A stretch of 64,000 nt of DNA from Eledone cirrhosa (lineage: Eukaryota). Where the stretch lies: contig OZ024753.1 in NCBI GenBank assembly GCA_964016885.1, positions 27,528,001 through 27,592,000 of the forward strand, in the 5' to 3' direction. Of the stretch, positions 1-14,545 are shown piece by piece. The position numbers and the translations under genes were made by a program. The stretch's first letter is position 1. Each line of letters starts with the position of its first letter. Under the pieces are notes generated by a model that had not been told where the DNA came from, did no database searches, and saw only the letters and a list, made by a program, of their open reading frames with translations.

Positions 1-496
1 TAATATTCTACTAATGATGAACTACATAATTTAGCTTTCCTTCTTACAAATATCATTTCCTAAACCTGATACCATTAAGTAAACATATATAATTGTTTCT
101 ACTTTTGGCACAATGCCAGCAATTATCCCAGTACATTACTGGTACTTTATTTTATCGACCCGTAAGGATGAAAGGCAAAGTAAACCTCGGCGGGAATTGA
201 ACTCAGATCGTAAAGGGACGCAACTATGCTGGAAAGCATATCCTACCCTCTACTGATAATGCCAATCCAACGCCCTTATATAATGCTTTAACTTCAGGTT
301 ATGACTCTATGTTCCTTGAAACCTATATATATTTACTATTTCCCACTAATAAATGTAATCCCCCCCCCAATAATTATATGTATATGTAAGTGTGGATGTG
401 TGTGTATATAAGTGTGTATGTAGATATGTGTGTATGTATGTGAGTGTAAAATACATATATATGTATATGTATGTATATATATATATATGTGTGTGA

Positions 497-535
<39 letters not shown>

Positions 536-790
536 TGTGGGTGTGTATGTATATGTACATATGTATGGGTCTATGTATGTGTATATATATGTAGGTATAT
601 ATATGTATATATATATATATATGATTTTTATATTCTTTTAATCTCCCCTCATCCTTAACAGCACTTTTCAACTGCATCTAACTCTTATTTATCACATCTA
701 TATGTATTAGTATAATTTTACCAATATATATATATACCCAGGAATTAAATGAATTTTATATCCTTTTCATAGATGTATTTTTTTCACTAT
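1..790 (+). mobile_element. Diverged 3' UTR/pLTR fragment of a Nematis-type PLE related to the element at 19761-24563, interrupted by a SINE
   Basis: 307-385 (ctatgttccttgaaacctat..atttactatttcccactaataa...cccccccc.ataatta) closely matches ~22704-22775, and 1-90 resembles ~22595-22680. Followed by the same kind of TG/TA microsatellite block. Confidence 0.6.
95..277 (-). mobile_element. tRNA-derived SINE of the octopus type
   Basis: Minus strand has a B-box-like GAGTTCAATTCCC followed by GCCGAGG..ACTTTGCCTTTCATCCTT..GGGTCGATAAAA..AGTACCAGT, recognised from cephalopod SINE bodies. Flanked by an 8-bp direct repeat TATATAAT (86-93, 277-284). Confidence 0.75.
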
Positions 791-819
791 ATACAAACAT
801 ATATATATACATATATACA

Positions 820-877
<58 letters not shown>

Positions 878-1120
878 TATATATATATATGTTATATATA
901 TATATATATATATATATGTTTATATATATATATATATATATATATGTTTATATATATATATATATATATATGTTTATATATATATATATATATATATGTT
1001 TATATATATATATATATATATATGTTTGTATATATATATATAGGTTTGTATATATATATATATATAGGTTTGTATATATATATATATATGTTTGTATATA
1101 TATATATATATATTTATGTT

Positions 1121-1156
<36 letters not shown>

Positions 1157-1180
1157 TGTATAAATATATATATATATATG

Positions 1181-1299
<119 letters not shown>

Positions 1300-1427
1300 A
1301 TGTATATATAATGTATTTTGCAATACACTTTATGCTTAATTAAAAGCAATTTGAAGACCGTAAGCTATTGTTTGTTTTAAAGTAGTGACAAATTCACTCA
1401 CTTTGATCTCAGCAAACAGGGGAGATA

Positions 1428-1471
1428 AGCCGACAAGACTTGTTTCGCTTTGGTTGAAGCTTATCAAGGCC
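1428..1471 (-). ncRNA. Type I hammerhead ribozyme, U3-A8 core variant, in a short PLE-like fragment (~1298-1520)
   Basis: Minus strand reads GGCC-UUGAUAA-GCUU(CAACCA)AAGC-GAAA-CAAG(U)CUUG-UC/GGCU. It is enclosed by the outer helix TGATCTCAG(1404-1412)/CTGAGATCA(1490-1498). Confidence 0.75.
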
Positions 1472-1521
1472 AACTACCCCACCTGCTTCCTGAGATCATT
1501 GATGTTATATTCTTATAGAAA

Positions 1522-1641
<120 letters not shown>

Positions 1642-1719
1642 CATATATACATATAGAAATCTGTATATACATATAGAAATCTATAAATACTTATAGAAAT
1701 CTATATATATATATATATT

Positions 1720-1761
<42 letters not shown>

Positions 1762-1771
1762 TGTATATACA

Positions 1772-1802
<31 letters not shown>

Positions 1803-1803
1803 T

Positions 1804-1934
<131 letters not shown>

Positions 1935-1939
1935 GTTTG

Positions 1940-2110
<171 letters not shown>

Positions 2111-2237
2111 TTATATATATATATGTGTGTGTTTATATATATATATATATATGTTTATATATATATATATATATGTTTATATATATGTTTATATATATAT
2201 ATATATATATGTTTATATATATATATATATATGTTTG

Positions 2238-2270
<33 letters not shown>

Positions 2271-2271
<1 letters not shown>

Positions 2272-2590
2272 AGCCGCTCCAGAAGTATGCTGATGTCGCG
2301 CGTGCCGCACCAACAAGGAGAAGGCACGCACATGCGACGAGATGCAGATGGCAGCAGCAGATCAGAAAGAAAAATTTTTCAGTGATGGCAGAGAAGATTG
2401 TGGGACAGCTGACCTGGCTGCATCGTCTCCAGAGCCAAGGTCATCCACACCAGCACTCGAGACCACCACAGTTCTCGAGACCACCACAGTTAAGGGACCC
2501 AGAGTGGCCGCCGCTGTCACCAGACCAGGTGTCATACCTACAGCCATTACTGGCACCCCAAAAGTCACACTATTTCAGAGCTCCAATTCT
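2271..2590 (+). mobile_element. Internal fragment (ORF1 C-terminus / ORF2 N-terminus overlap) of CR1-group LINE family B
   Basis: 2500-2570 is nearly identical to 57978-58048, the start of the APE-RT element. Both overlapping frames are open. Confidence 0.85.
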
Positions 2591-2636
2591 AATATATATA
2601 TATGTTTGTATATATATATATATATATGTTTGTGTT

Positions 2637-2716
<80 letters not shown>

Positions 2717-2724
2717 TGTGTTTG

Positions 2725-2762
<38 letters not shown>

Positions 2763-2804
2763 CAAACACAAACATATATATATATATATATATATACAAA
2801 CACA

Positions 2805-2848
<44 letters not shown>

Positions 2849-3092
2849 TGTATATATATATATATATATATATGTTTGTATATATATATATATATGTTTG
2901 TATATATATATATATATGTTTGTATATATATATATGTTTGTATATATATATATATATGTTTGTATATATATATATATATATATATATATGTTTGTATATA
3001 TATATATATATATATATGTTTGTGTATATATATATATATGTTTGTATATATATATATATATATATATGTTTGTGTATATATATATATATGTT

Positions 3093-3147
<55 letters not shown>

Positions 3148-3150
<3 letters not shown>

Positions 3151-3403
3151 CAAATGTGTGTAATCCTTAGTACAGTTAGGTATATTAAGACAGGGGGGAA
3201 GAAAAAATGGCTTCACTTGTGCTTTCAACAAATTTATTTTCTTCACAAAATCCAAAAAGAAGTTTTCTTAAAAAAAATTATTTTATAAAATTAATTCATA
3301 AAATCATTTTTTTTAAGAAAAATTCTTTTTGGATTTTGTGAAGAAAATAAATTTGTTGAAAGCACAAGTGAAGCCATTTTTTCTTCCCCCCTGTCTTAAT
3401 ATA
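3148..3403. repeat. Fold-back inverted repeat (~98-bp arms, 3181-3278 / 3307-3403) with a short tail; possible degenerate PLE terminus
   Basis: The arms are near-perfect reverse complements, and the feature is flanked by (TA)n. Confidence 0.8.
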
Positions 3404-3525
3404 TATATATATATATATATATAAATGAAGTAATTCCATAGGAAAAGTCCAGGAAAAAAGAGTGCTCTATGTAGGCAACAGAGCTTAATTATTATTATTA
3501 AGTAATAGACAACATAAAGCAATTA

Positions 3526-3585
3526 TTCCATTTACCAGTGGTTTCTTAAAAGCAAAAGGTTTTGCTTTCATTCCTCAGAACGGAA
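3526..3585 (-). ncRNA. Hammerhead ribozyme, family-1 terminal copy
   Basis: Reverse complement of the motif at 9312-9371. Confidence 0.8.
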
Positions 3586-3873
3586 AAATCCTGGTTTGTT
3601 TATTGAATTTGGATTACAAAACAAAAATGCAATCTATATGAAAGTGAGGCTGGAGGAGGGAGAAGGAAAGGAAAAATAAAATAAAATAAAACTACGCATG
3701 CAAACACACACACAAAAAAAAACCAAAAGCATACTTACACACACATACATATATACATATATATATATGTACGCATACATATATACATATACACATATAT
3801 ATAAAACGTACACTTACATACACAAACACATATATACACACATATACGCATACATACATTAATACATATACAC

Positions 3874-3928
<55 letters not shown>

Positions 3929-3954
3929 TATCCACACACATATATATATGTACA

Positions 3955-3988
<34 letters not shown>

Positions 3989-4437
3989 CACACATACACA
4001 TACACACACATACACACACATACACATGTGTGTGTACAAGCATACACATACACAAACATAGCCATACACACACACATATATATACACATACATACAATCA
4101 CACAAACATACAAAACGTACATACATACATACACATACATGAATGCACTCCTCTACATGTTCACACACGCAAATAAATATAAGAAAAAAAAAAATATATA
4201 TATATATATATTAAAAATGTTTGACACCGATACATGACCCAGCTAACAGGACAGACACGCGTGGTAAGTAATACACACAAAAGCACGTATACATACGTAC
4301 GAAATAGTAAACACATACACACACTCTCATACATAAATATACATAAACAATTACAAAAACACATACATACACATACATACACAAACACGCACACGTATAC
4401 ATATTAAACACACACACATATGTATATGTAATTAAAT

Positions 4438-4644
<207 letters not shown>

Positions 4645-4855
4645 TAAACGCACACACATACACACACACACACACACACGCATATACGTAAACACACATA
4701 TACATACATAGCTAAACAATTATACACATGCAAATACGTATATATCAAAAACACGCACAACCAAATACAAATACATACACACACACACACACAACCACAC
4801 ACACACATACATAAAAAAATAATAAATACGCACACACATATACATACATACATAC

Positions 4856-4895
<40 letters not shown>

Positions 4896-5065
4896 CACAT
4901 ACTCATACACACACATACACACATACCTACATATACACATATGCATACACATACACACGCACATATACATGTGTGTATGTGTAAAACTCAGTATTAGAAA
5001 AGACAAATGAACCTTACATAAACGTATATATAGTAGTAAAGTAATAATGCAACATAAGGCAATTA

Positions 5066-5125
5066 TTCCATTCACCAGAGGTTTCTTAAAAGCAAAAAAT
5101 GATTCCTTCAGTCTTCAGAATGAAA
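5066..5125 (-). ncRNA. Degenerate second hammerhead of family 1 (GUG at cleavage site); mirrored at 7894-7953 (+)
   Basis: UUUCAUU-CUGAAGA-...-GAAA-CCUCUGG-UG-AAUGGAA; flanks homologous to the terminal hammerhead. Confidence 0.65.
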
Positions 5126-5487
5126 AAAATTAAAAAAACCTGGTTTATCCACATATACATACATATACACACACAAAAATACATATATATACAGATACAC
5201 ATACACACACTTATACATATATATGTATATATATATACATACACATATATACATACAAATATACATATATATATATACATATATATATATACATATATAT
5301 ATACACACAAAGATACATACACATACACATAGGTATGTGAAGGGCAAAACAAAAAGAATATATGGGGGGGGGCTAAAAGGAGGTAAAATATAAGGGGAGG
5401 TAAGGGAGAAAACAATTTAGTAAATATACAAGAGTACAGAAGGTAGAATCAGCAAAATCGTAGCAGAAGTAAAGAGCAGAAAGGAGT

Positions 5488-7417
5488 TCAAGGCGGTTGA
5501 CTTATCATAGGAGTGTCAATCCAGTTACAGATCAGATGCGATTTCAAATGAGGACAGCATCTGAAGATCTCAGTCTTTGAGTCAAGGCAAGCGGAAATGG
5601 CTCTCAAGTTTAGCAAAATCCTATACTTTTCTGTGGTGCACAAAGAACAATTCTTTGTGCCCCTTTGGTACTCCCTCGAATGGTCTAATATAGACCAATC
5701 AATAGAGTACGGGATATTACTATCCTTGAGATCCCATACCTTACTTGCGAGGGCCGTTGATGTTCGTTTATCAGAGTGCTTAAAAGAAGCGACATGTGAG
5801 TAAAATCTGGTTTTAAACCTGTCCTGGGTCATACCGACATATCGCTCACTCCTGGCTGGCTGGTTGTTGATAACTGGCGTTATCTTAGCCTCATAAACGA
5901 CAGATTTTGTGTTACATTTACCCTGCAATGGGCATTCATCCGGCTTCCTGCAACTGCATCCTGGATTTATCCTCGTACGGTTTGAACTGGTGATTTTGGA
6001 CTTCATGGATGGGCAACAAGAGTAGCTGATCTTAACTACATTCCTATTAAAAATCTTATAATATCTATGAATAGGAGGAAAATGTTTGTCTAATAGTTCA
6101 AGGAATTTCCTTCCTACATTAGTTTTGACAGTTAGAGAGAAGGGGGGTGTGAACCAAATAATCTTCCTTTTCCTGTTATTATGGTTAGTTTTAGGGGGGG
6201 GGGGAGTAGGCAAATAAGAATTTTTTTCTGTAAAACCGCTGTTCTTAATGGCTTTATTATAATAAGGGGCTGCTTTATTAAAAATGTCTATAGACGAAGA
6301 TAAGGTAGAAATCCTACGGCTAATGTTAGGAATAAGATTATTAAAAACTATAGGGGGATGGCAAGACCCTTTGTGTATATACCTAAGATTTTCATTAGGT
6401 TTATGATAGGGTTTAAAAGAGGCAGTAAGTAGATCAAGATTAATATCAAGAAAGTTAGCATTAGTAAGGTTCGTATCTATAGTAATTTTAAGGTTAAGAT
6501 TAGCAAAAGTATTAATTAAATCTTTACGGAATTTATCAAGATTATGGCCGTTGGTGGTATGAGAAACTGCTAATCCGTCATCACGGTATAAACCGATATT
6601 ATGGGACGGAAATTTCTCTTTGAGTGTGTGGAGAAGGAATAATCCTACTAAGTCACACACATCCACACTGTCATATGAACCCATTGCAACATCAAAAGAG
6701 CTTTCAGGGTTTGACTTTTTAACCCAAATATTATCATTAGTAAAAAGTAAAGTTTTTCTAGCATGAAAGATAATGTCCTCTTCTAATTTAAAGATATTAA
6801 TGAAGGGTCTTGCAAAATCTAAGGCATTAGTTAATAAGGAAACAGTAATAGAAGGGTAAAAATCGACAATATCAAATTGGGTAAATCTACACTTATTTTT
6901 ACCTTGTATATTATTGAACCAAGAAATAACAGAGGAAGTATTTAGCCACTGTGAAAGGTCAGTGTTAGTTCTAATTTGGAGAATTATTTTTCTTAAGATT
7001 TTCTTACTAGCAAGGCCAACCTCGGATTTAGCCGGGTTAATCAGTCTACAACTAGGTCGATTAGTAAAGTCCAATTTATGGTCTTTAAGGGTAATATGTA
7101 CTTTACGCTTAGCTAAGCTTTCAATCCGGTTATCTATTTGTAAAGAACTAGCTAGTTCTTTAGCTTCTTTATTGATAGTATTGTAGCTATTATTATTAGT
7201 TAATTGATATTTATTGGTAATACTATTAGTTAAAAGTTGGTTATACAAATTACTATTAACTTCAAAGAGGTTTTTAGTTTTATCAGAAAGAACGAAAGTG
7301 TTTGTAAAATTTCTAAAATTAGAGATATCGTTAGAAAGTTTAGTTTGAAAGTTATTATTGTACTTACGAAATTTGATATCACTAATTAGATTAACGAGGT
7401 CTAATTCGAAGTTGGCC
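5488..7417 (-). CDS. PLE polyprotein, N-terminally truncated: RT (SDKT, CRLINPAKSEVG, FDIVDFYPSI, MGSYD, YRDD) plus GIY-YIG endonuclease (VVYEA..RYVGMT, CSLC, CPH)
   Basis: ORF track 5488..7440; the first 7 residues come from the inverted arm. Confidence 0.92.
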
Positions 7418-8118
7418 ATTTTGCTAAACTTGAGAGCCACTTCCGCTTGCCTTAACTCAAAGACTGAGATCTTCAGATGCTGTCCTCATCTGAAATCGTA
7501 TCTGATCTGTAACTGGATTGACACTCCTATGATAAATCAACCGCCTTGAACTCCTTTCTGCTCTTTACTTCTGCTACGATTTTGCTGATTCTACCTTCTG
7601 TACTCTTGTATATTTACTAAATTTTTTTCTCACTTACCTCCCCTTATATTTTACCTCCTTTTAGCCCCCCCCCCCCATATATTCTTTTTGTTTTGCCCTT
7701 CACATACCTATGTGTATGTATCTTTGTGTGTATATATATATGTATATATATATGTATATATGTATGTATATATGTGTATGTATATATATATACATATATA
7801 TGTATATGTGTGTGTATGTGTATGTGTATATATATGTATTTTTGTGTGTGTATATGTATGTATATGTGGATAAACCAGGTTTTTTTTCATTTTTTTCATT
7901 CTGAAGACTGAAGGAATCATTTTTTGCTTTTAAGAAACCTCTGGTGAATGGAATAATTGCCTTATGTTGCATTATTACTTTACTACTATATATACGTTTA
8001 TGTAAGGTTCATTTGTCTTTTCTAATACTGAGTTTTACACATACACACATGTATATGTGTGTATGTGTATGCATATGTGTATATGTATGTATGTGTGTAT
8101 ATGTGTATGTATGTGTAT

Positions 8119-8185
<67 letters not shown>

Positions 8186-8396
8186 ATGTATGTATGTATA
8201 TGTGTGTGTGTATTTATTATTTTTTTATGTATGTGTGTGTGTGGTTGTGTGTGTGTGTGTGTGTGTGTGTATTTGGTTGTGCGTGTTTTTGATATATACG
8301 TATTTGCATGTGTATAATTGTTTAGCTATGTATGTATATGTGTGTTTACGTATATGCGTGTGTGTGTGTGTGTGTGTGCGTTTATATTTATATTTT

Positions 8397-8487
<91 letters not shown>

Positions 8488-9311
8488 ATTTAATTACATA
8501 TACATATGTGTGTGTGTTTAATATGTATACGTGTGCGTGTTTGTGTATGTATGTGTATGTATGTGTTTTTGTATTTGTTTATGTATATTTATGTATGAGA
8601 GTGTGTGTATGTGTTTACTATTTCGTACGTATGTATACGTGCTTTTGTGTGTATTACTTACCACGCGTGTCTGTCCTGTTAGCTGGGTCATGTATCGGTG
8701 TCAAACATTTTAAAAATATATATATATTTTTTTCTTATATTTATTTGCGTGTGTGAACATGTAGAGGAGTGCATTCATGTATGTGTATGTATGTACGTTT
8801 TGTATGTTTGTGTAAATGTATGTATGTGTATATATATGTGTGTGTGTATGGCTATGTTTGTGTATGTGTATGCTTGTACACACACATGTGTATGTGTGTG
8901 TATGTGTATGTGTGTATATGTATATATATGTATATATATATATATATGTACATATATATATGTGTGTGGATATGCGTGTGTGTGTGTGTGTGTGTATGTG
9001 TGTGTGTGTGTGTGTGTGCGTGTGTGTATATGTATTAATGTATGAATGCGTATATGTGTGTATATATGTGTTTGTGTATGTAAGTGTACGTTTTATATAT
9101 ATGTGTATATGTATATATGTATACGTACATATATATATATGTATATATGTATGTGTGTGTAAGTATGCTTTTGGTTTTTTTTTGTGTGTGTGTTTGCATG
9201 CGTAGTTTTATTTTATTTTATTTTTCCTTTCCTTCTCCCTCCTCCAGCCTCACTTTCATATAGATTAGATTTTTGTTTTGTAATCCAAATTCAATAAACA
9301 AACCAGGATTT

Positions 9312-9371
9312 TTCCGTTCTGAGGATTGAAAGCAAAACCTTTTGCTTTTAAGAAACCACTGGTAAATGGAA
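9312..9371 (+). ncRNA. Hammerhead ribozyme, family-1 inverted pLTR
   Basis: TTCCGTT-CTGAGGA-TTGAAAGCAAAA(CC)TTTTGCTTTTAA-GAAA-CCA(C)TGG-TA/AATGGAA. Confidence 0.85.
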
Positions 9372-9400
9372 TAATTGCCTTATGTTGTCTATTACTTAAT

Positions 9401-9437
<37 letters not shown>

Positions 9438-9467
9438 TGTATATATATACATATATATATATATGTT

Positions 9468-9503
<36 letters not shown>

Positions 9504-9520
9504 TGTATATATATATATAT

Positions 9521-9633
<113 letters not shown>

Positions 9634-9635
9634 TG

Positions 9636-9793
<158 letters not shown>

Positions 9794-9825
9794 TGTATAT
9801 ATATATATATATATATATGTTTGTA

Positions 9826-10836
9826 TATATAGAGATTACAGTAATCAAAGTTCAGTTTAAGTCATTTATTTGCTTACAATTGTTTCCTCCAAACCGAGGG
9901 TTGGATTCTTCGGAGCAACTATTTATAACATACTTGAATTTGGACAGCATGATATATTAATTAAGAACCGACTGGATACCGTTTATAGCTTGACTATATG
10001 CTGAACCACTGCGAATTATACGATAGACGCGTGTTCTCTATATATATATTGCGTCTCATGGATTATGTGACTGGTGGTGTGAGCAAGGACAGTGGTACGA
10101 CCTTGCCTACGATACAATAAGGTTTATAGTATGTTGAAGGTTTTTGATATTTTGGTGTTTCCCCGCATCCGAGACTGTATATCATGCAGATGTATGAGAA
10201 TTAATGACTTATTAATTCAGCCTATATTATTAGATCGATTGCCTGCTTCAACTGCTTCAACTGCCTGACCCTGCAAATATCATTCTGACGCACTCTAATC
10301 ATGTATAGCATGCTACACGGGTGATTGCTTCATGCACTGACTACTCTAAGCTTTCCTCTTGCTTTATCTTCATATACTGCCAACGCTTCATGTTTATCTT
10401 TATTTTCACTCTTGCTTTTATTCTATTTTATTTTATTTTATTTTTATCATGTAACACTTTATATGTAAATTGCCATGCTGTTTCATTTGATGAATGTCAC
10501 CCCACTGTTGATCAATATGCGCATATGTTTTATGTGTCTCTTGGGTTGAAAAGGAGGTCAAGTATGTTATAAAGAGTTGCTCCGAAGAATCCAAACCTCG
10601 GTTTGGAGGAAACAATTGTAAGCAAATAAATGACTTAAACTGAACTTTGATTACTGTAATCTCTATATAACTGCTCTGTATAACAACTGATGTTATTACA
10701 TTGAGCTATTTAACTTACTGGTAATAGGATAGTAATTAAAGACTATCTCTCACTATTTAGGGTTTATGTATATATAATATATTACCATCAAAGGTTTTAT
10801 TGCATACATAACCATAAATAGTACCCTGAATACTAA
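9826..10836 (+). mobile_element. Non-coding hammerhead-bearing PLE derivative (CCGAAGA family, subfamily a) with short inverted pLTR (9826-9937 mirrors 10558-10668)
   Basis: Has an inverted repeat, a hammerhead, and a ~165-nt tail homologous to 17042-17203. TA flanks; no recognisable ORF. Confidence 0.8.
10577..10625 (+). ncRNA. Hammerhead ribozyme, U4C variant; inverted copy at 9870-9918
   Basis: TTGCT-CCGAAGA-A-TCCAAAC(CTCG)GTTTGGA-G-GAAA-CAATTG-TA/AGCAA, with palindromic stem III. Confidence 0.8.
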
Positions 10837-10842
10837 TATGTT

Positions 10843-10898
<56 letters not shown>

Positions 10899-10954
10899 TG
10901 TATATATATATATATATATGTTTGTATATATATATATATATATATATATATGTT

Positions 10955-11000
<46 letters not shown>

Positions 11001-11060
11001 TGTATATATATATATATATATATATATGTTTGTATATATATATATATATATATATATGTT

Positions 11061-11106
<46 letters not shown>

Positions 11107-11132
11107 TGTATATATATATATATATATATGTT

Positions 11133-11172
<40 letters not shown>

Positions 11173-11343
11173 GTATATATATATATATATATATGTTTGT
11201 ATATATATATATATATGTTTGTATATATATATATATATGTTTGTATATATATATATATATATATGTTTGTATATATATATATATATGTTTGTATATATAT
11301 ATATATATGTTTGTATATATATATATATATATATATATTTGTA

Positions 11344-11376
<33 letters not shown>

Positions 11377-11377
11377 T

Positions 11378-11422
<45 letters not shown>

Positions 11423-11441
11423 ATATATATATATATATATT

Positions 11442-11484
<43 letters not shown>

Positions 11485-11728
11485 ATATATATATATATAT
11501 ATATATATTTGTATATATATATATATTTGTATATATATATATATATATTTGTATATATATATATATTTGTATATATATATATATTTGTACATATATCTAT
11601 TTGTGTATATATATATATTTGTGTATATATATATATATTTGTATATATATATATATATATTTGTATATATATATATATATTTGTATATATATATATATGT
11701 TTGTATATATATATATATATATATATAT

Positions 11729-11787
<59 letters not shown>

Positions 11788-11807
11788 TGTATATATATAT
11801 ATATGTT

Positions 11808-11840
<33 letters not shown>
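10836..11840. repeat. (TA)nTGTTTG / (TA)nTTTG minisatellite
   Basis: Read directly. Confidence 0.95.
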
Positions 11841-11842
<2 letters not shown>

Positions 11843-11926
11843 CTTTGAATAACTTTGAAATGTTTTGGTCAGTATTGGCCCAGGCCATGTCTAACTTAAT
11901 AGCACCACCTGGCGAAGTCTTTCAAT

Positions 11927-14545
11927 TCAGGATTTGGGCACCATGGCCCATTCGAGAAGAGAATTACTGTTTGCGGAGACATATCCGGGTGTGGGTGGTT
12001 TGTCCGGGATTACTTGGAGGAATTTGTCCAAAGACTTCTTGAATTTTGTGTGGTCAGTTTCTGTTTTGACGTGTCCTGGTGTGATGTTGAAGAGAGCAGG
12101 GCCGATTGAGGTGAAATAATTGTGCCGTATTGTTGTTATGAGTTGCGATTTAGATTTTTGAATGGGACGGATAGCACGGGGCCCAAGCCTTGGGTGTATC
12201 TTGAAGGCGATGCCAACATCATTTGGGCAGTGATGATGGAACATTTTCCACATCATGCAGATAATATAACGCTCACGGCGACGTTGGAGTGAGTAAAGTT
12301 TCAGGTTTTCTAGTCGACCCCATTAGTCAAGGTCTGACATGCCATCTATCTTTTTCGTGATTGCCCTTTGAGGAGCTTCAAGTTTCATGATACTTTGTTT
12401 CGTGTGGGGAGACCACAGTGGACAACAATATTCTCGGTGTGGTCGGGCAAAAGTAGAGAAGAGAAGGATAATGGTGTGGGAATCTCTCGACTGGAAGGTT
12501 CTGAGGATCCAGGAACACATTCTGCGGGCCATGTCAACTTTGCTGCTTATATGCGTGGTCCAGCTTATGTTGCTGTCCACGGTTACTCCCAAGTCTCTGA
12601 TGTTGTTAGATGCCACGAGAGTTTCCCCGGAGGGAAGGGAGTACGGGAGTTTCAGAGCATCCTCTTTTCCAAAGTGGATCAGTTCGAATTTGTCTTCGTT
12701 CAGTAACATGTTGTTCTTTTCCGCCCATTGGGTAACAGCCAGTAGGTCTGATTGAAGGCTTATCCGGTCATCCACGCCATTGATGACCTTTTGGAGCTTG
12801 GAATCATCAGCGAAAATTTTAATGTTGCTGTGTTTGATGATGTCAGTGATGTCATTAATATAGATGATGAAGAGAAGTGGGCCCAACACAGTGCCTTGTG
12901 GGACCCCACTACTGACTTTGGCTGGGCTTGATTTGACTCCCTCAACTACAACATGTTGGGTTCTGTTTGACAGGAAGCTCTTGATCCACTGCAGCAGCTT
13001 TCCAGTGACACCAATATTGGACAGCTTTCTCAGTAGAATGTTATGATCAACCCTGTCAAAGGCCTTGCTGAAATCAAGGTAGATAACATCAGTGTTGGAA
13101 CCCTCTCCCAAGGCTCTCAAAATGTCATCAAAGTGATGCAGTAGCTGCGTCAGGCAATCCCTTCCATTACGGAATCCATGCTGGTTGGAGTTCAGCATAT
13201 TGTTACTCTCAAGGAAGGGGGTCATTCGCGATCTCACCACTCTCTCAAATACCTTAATGATATGAGAGGTGAGTGAGATTGGACGGTAATTCACGGCAAG
13301 GGATTTGTTTCCCTTTTTGAAAACTGGGACAACAGACTGGGATAGAAGGTTTTCTGTTACATATCCAGCATCCAGTGAGTTCCGCCACAGATTGGCAAGA
13401 GGAGATGCAAGTTGGTGTTGACACGCCTTCAAGACACAAGCAGGGAACCTATCGGGACCTACTGCTGAATTATGCTTGATTTCCTTTATTGCCGCCAAGA
13501 CATCAGGGGCGCCAAACGTTATGTCCGATAAGGTGTAATGGGGAGTAACATCGCCGATACAGCCCAGATTGGCCATATCAGGATTGCTGAAAACAGAGCA
13601 GTATTGTTTCTGCAGTATCTCACCCATGGTTTTAGCATTGTCTTGAAGAGTGCCATTTTCATCAATTAGAGAGCCAACAGTAGAGCCAGTGATTTTGTGT
13701 TTTTTTTGCAAATGAAAAGAACACTTTGGAATTTGAGTTTGATCTTCTCAATGGCCCAGGCCTCTTCAGCTCTTCTCTGATTGTTGATGAGGGACATTAT
13801 GTTGTTTTGAAGGCTATGTTTTTTAATCTCTAGTGATGAAATGGCAGTCAAGTTGATGTGTTGCTGCTGACGGTATTTCAGCTTGTTGATTTTTTTGTTC
13901 GTTCTCTTAATTTTTCTGATGAGCGTTTTTCTATTTCTAGGGATTCTGCTCTTAGATTTGTTTATAGTTCTTAATGGGGTGTGTTTAGCACATATGTTTG
14001 TAACAGTGTCCACAAATGTCTGCCAGGACTTTTTGACTTTTTTAGAGCCCAACTACTATTAGGTTGTTGGTTTGACTGAATACTGTGACTGCTTCACAGT
14101 ATCCATTAGTGAATATGTTCATAGCCTCTGTTGAGAAAGAATTATGGACATAAATGGCAGTCCCGCCCTTTCTTCTGCCAGCGCGATCAGCACGGATGGC
14201 TTTGAAATTTTTCACTTTCACCTCGACTTCCAAGTGGAGGTTACTGAGATGGGTTTCAGTGAGGACGAAGAAAGAGATGTGGTTTGGATGGACATCAATC
14301 CAGTCCTCCAGGAATTTGATCTTCCATTTTTTAGTATTGGTGGAAGGGCTGATGCCTTGGGCGTTAAGCAAAAATGTAGAGGCGAGAGTGGATGGTTTTA
14401 ATTGTTTTGGTGTGTTGTTAATTAGTTTGTTTGTTAATGGCAGCAATGGGAGTTTGTGCAGTGGGGTGATAGTGGATGGTGGTGCTGGGTGATAGCTCGA
14501 ATGTTTTTTTCCAGTTCTTTTGCCAGATTCATTATGGCTAAAAAA
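11927..14545 (-). pseudogene. LINE ORF2 (APE endonuclease + RT), disrupted
   Basis: Motifs LLNAQG, LTETHL, NYRPISLTS, YLDFSKAFD, GVPQGTVLGP, FADD. Relative to copy 2: ~510-bp deletion at ~14040, frameshift near 13700, and TAC>TAA stop at 12323. Confidence 0.92.

Noticed and set aside
3320-3375. Hammerhead-like GTGAAGA...GAAAGC in the 3148-3403 fold-back
   Set aside because: G at position 3, weak stems I and III, and no NUH site; at best a decayed remnant.
7418-7440. N-terminus MALKFSK of the 650-aa ORF; likewise the start of 28332..29474
   Set aside because: These are chimeric starts contributed by the inverted arms.
12368-13046. Antisense ORFs over the RT regions (also 30875-32650, 37705-38383)
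   Set aside because: These are shadow frames with no motifs.
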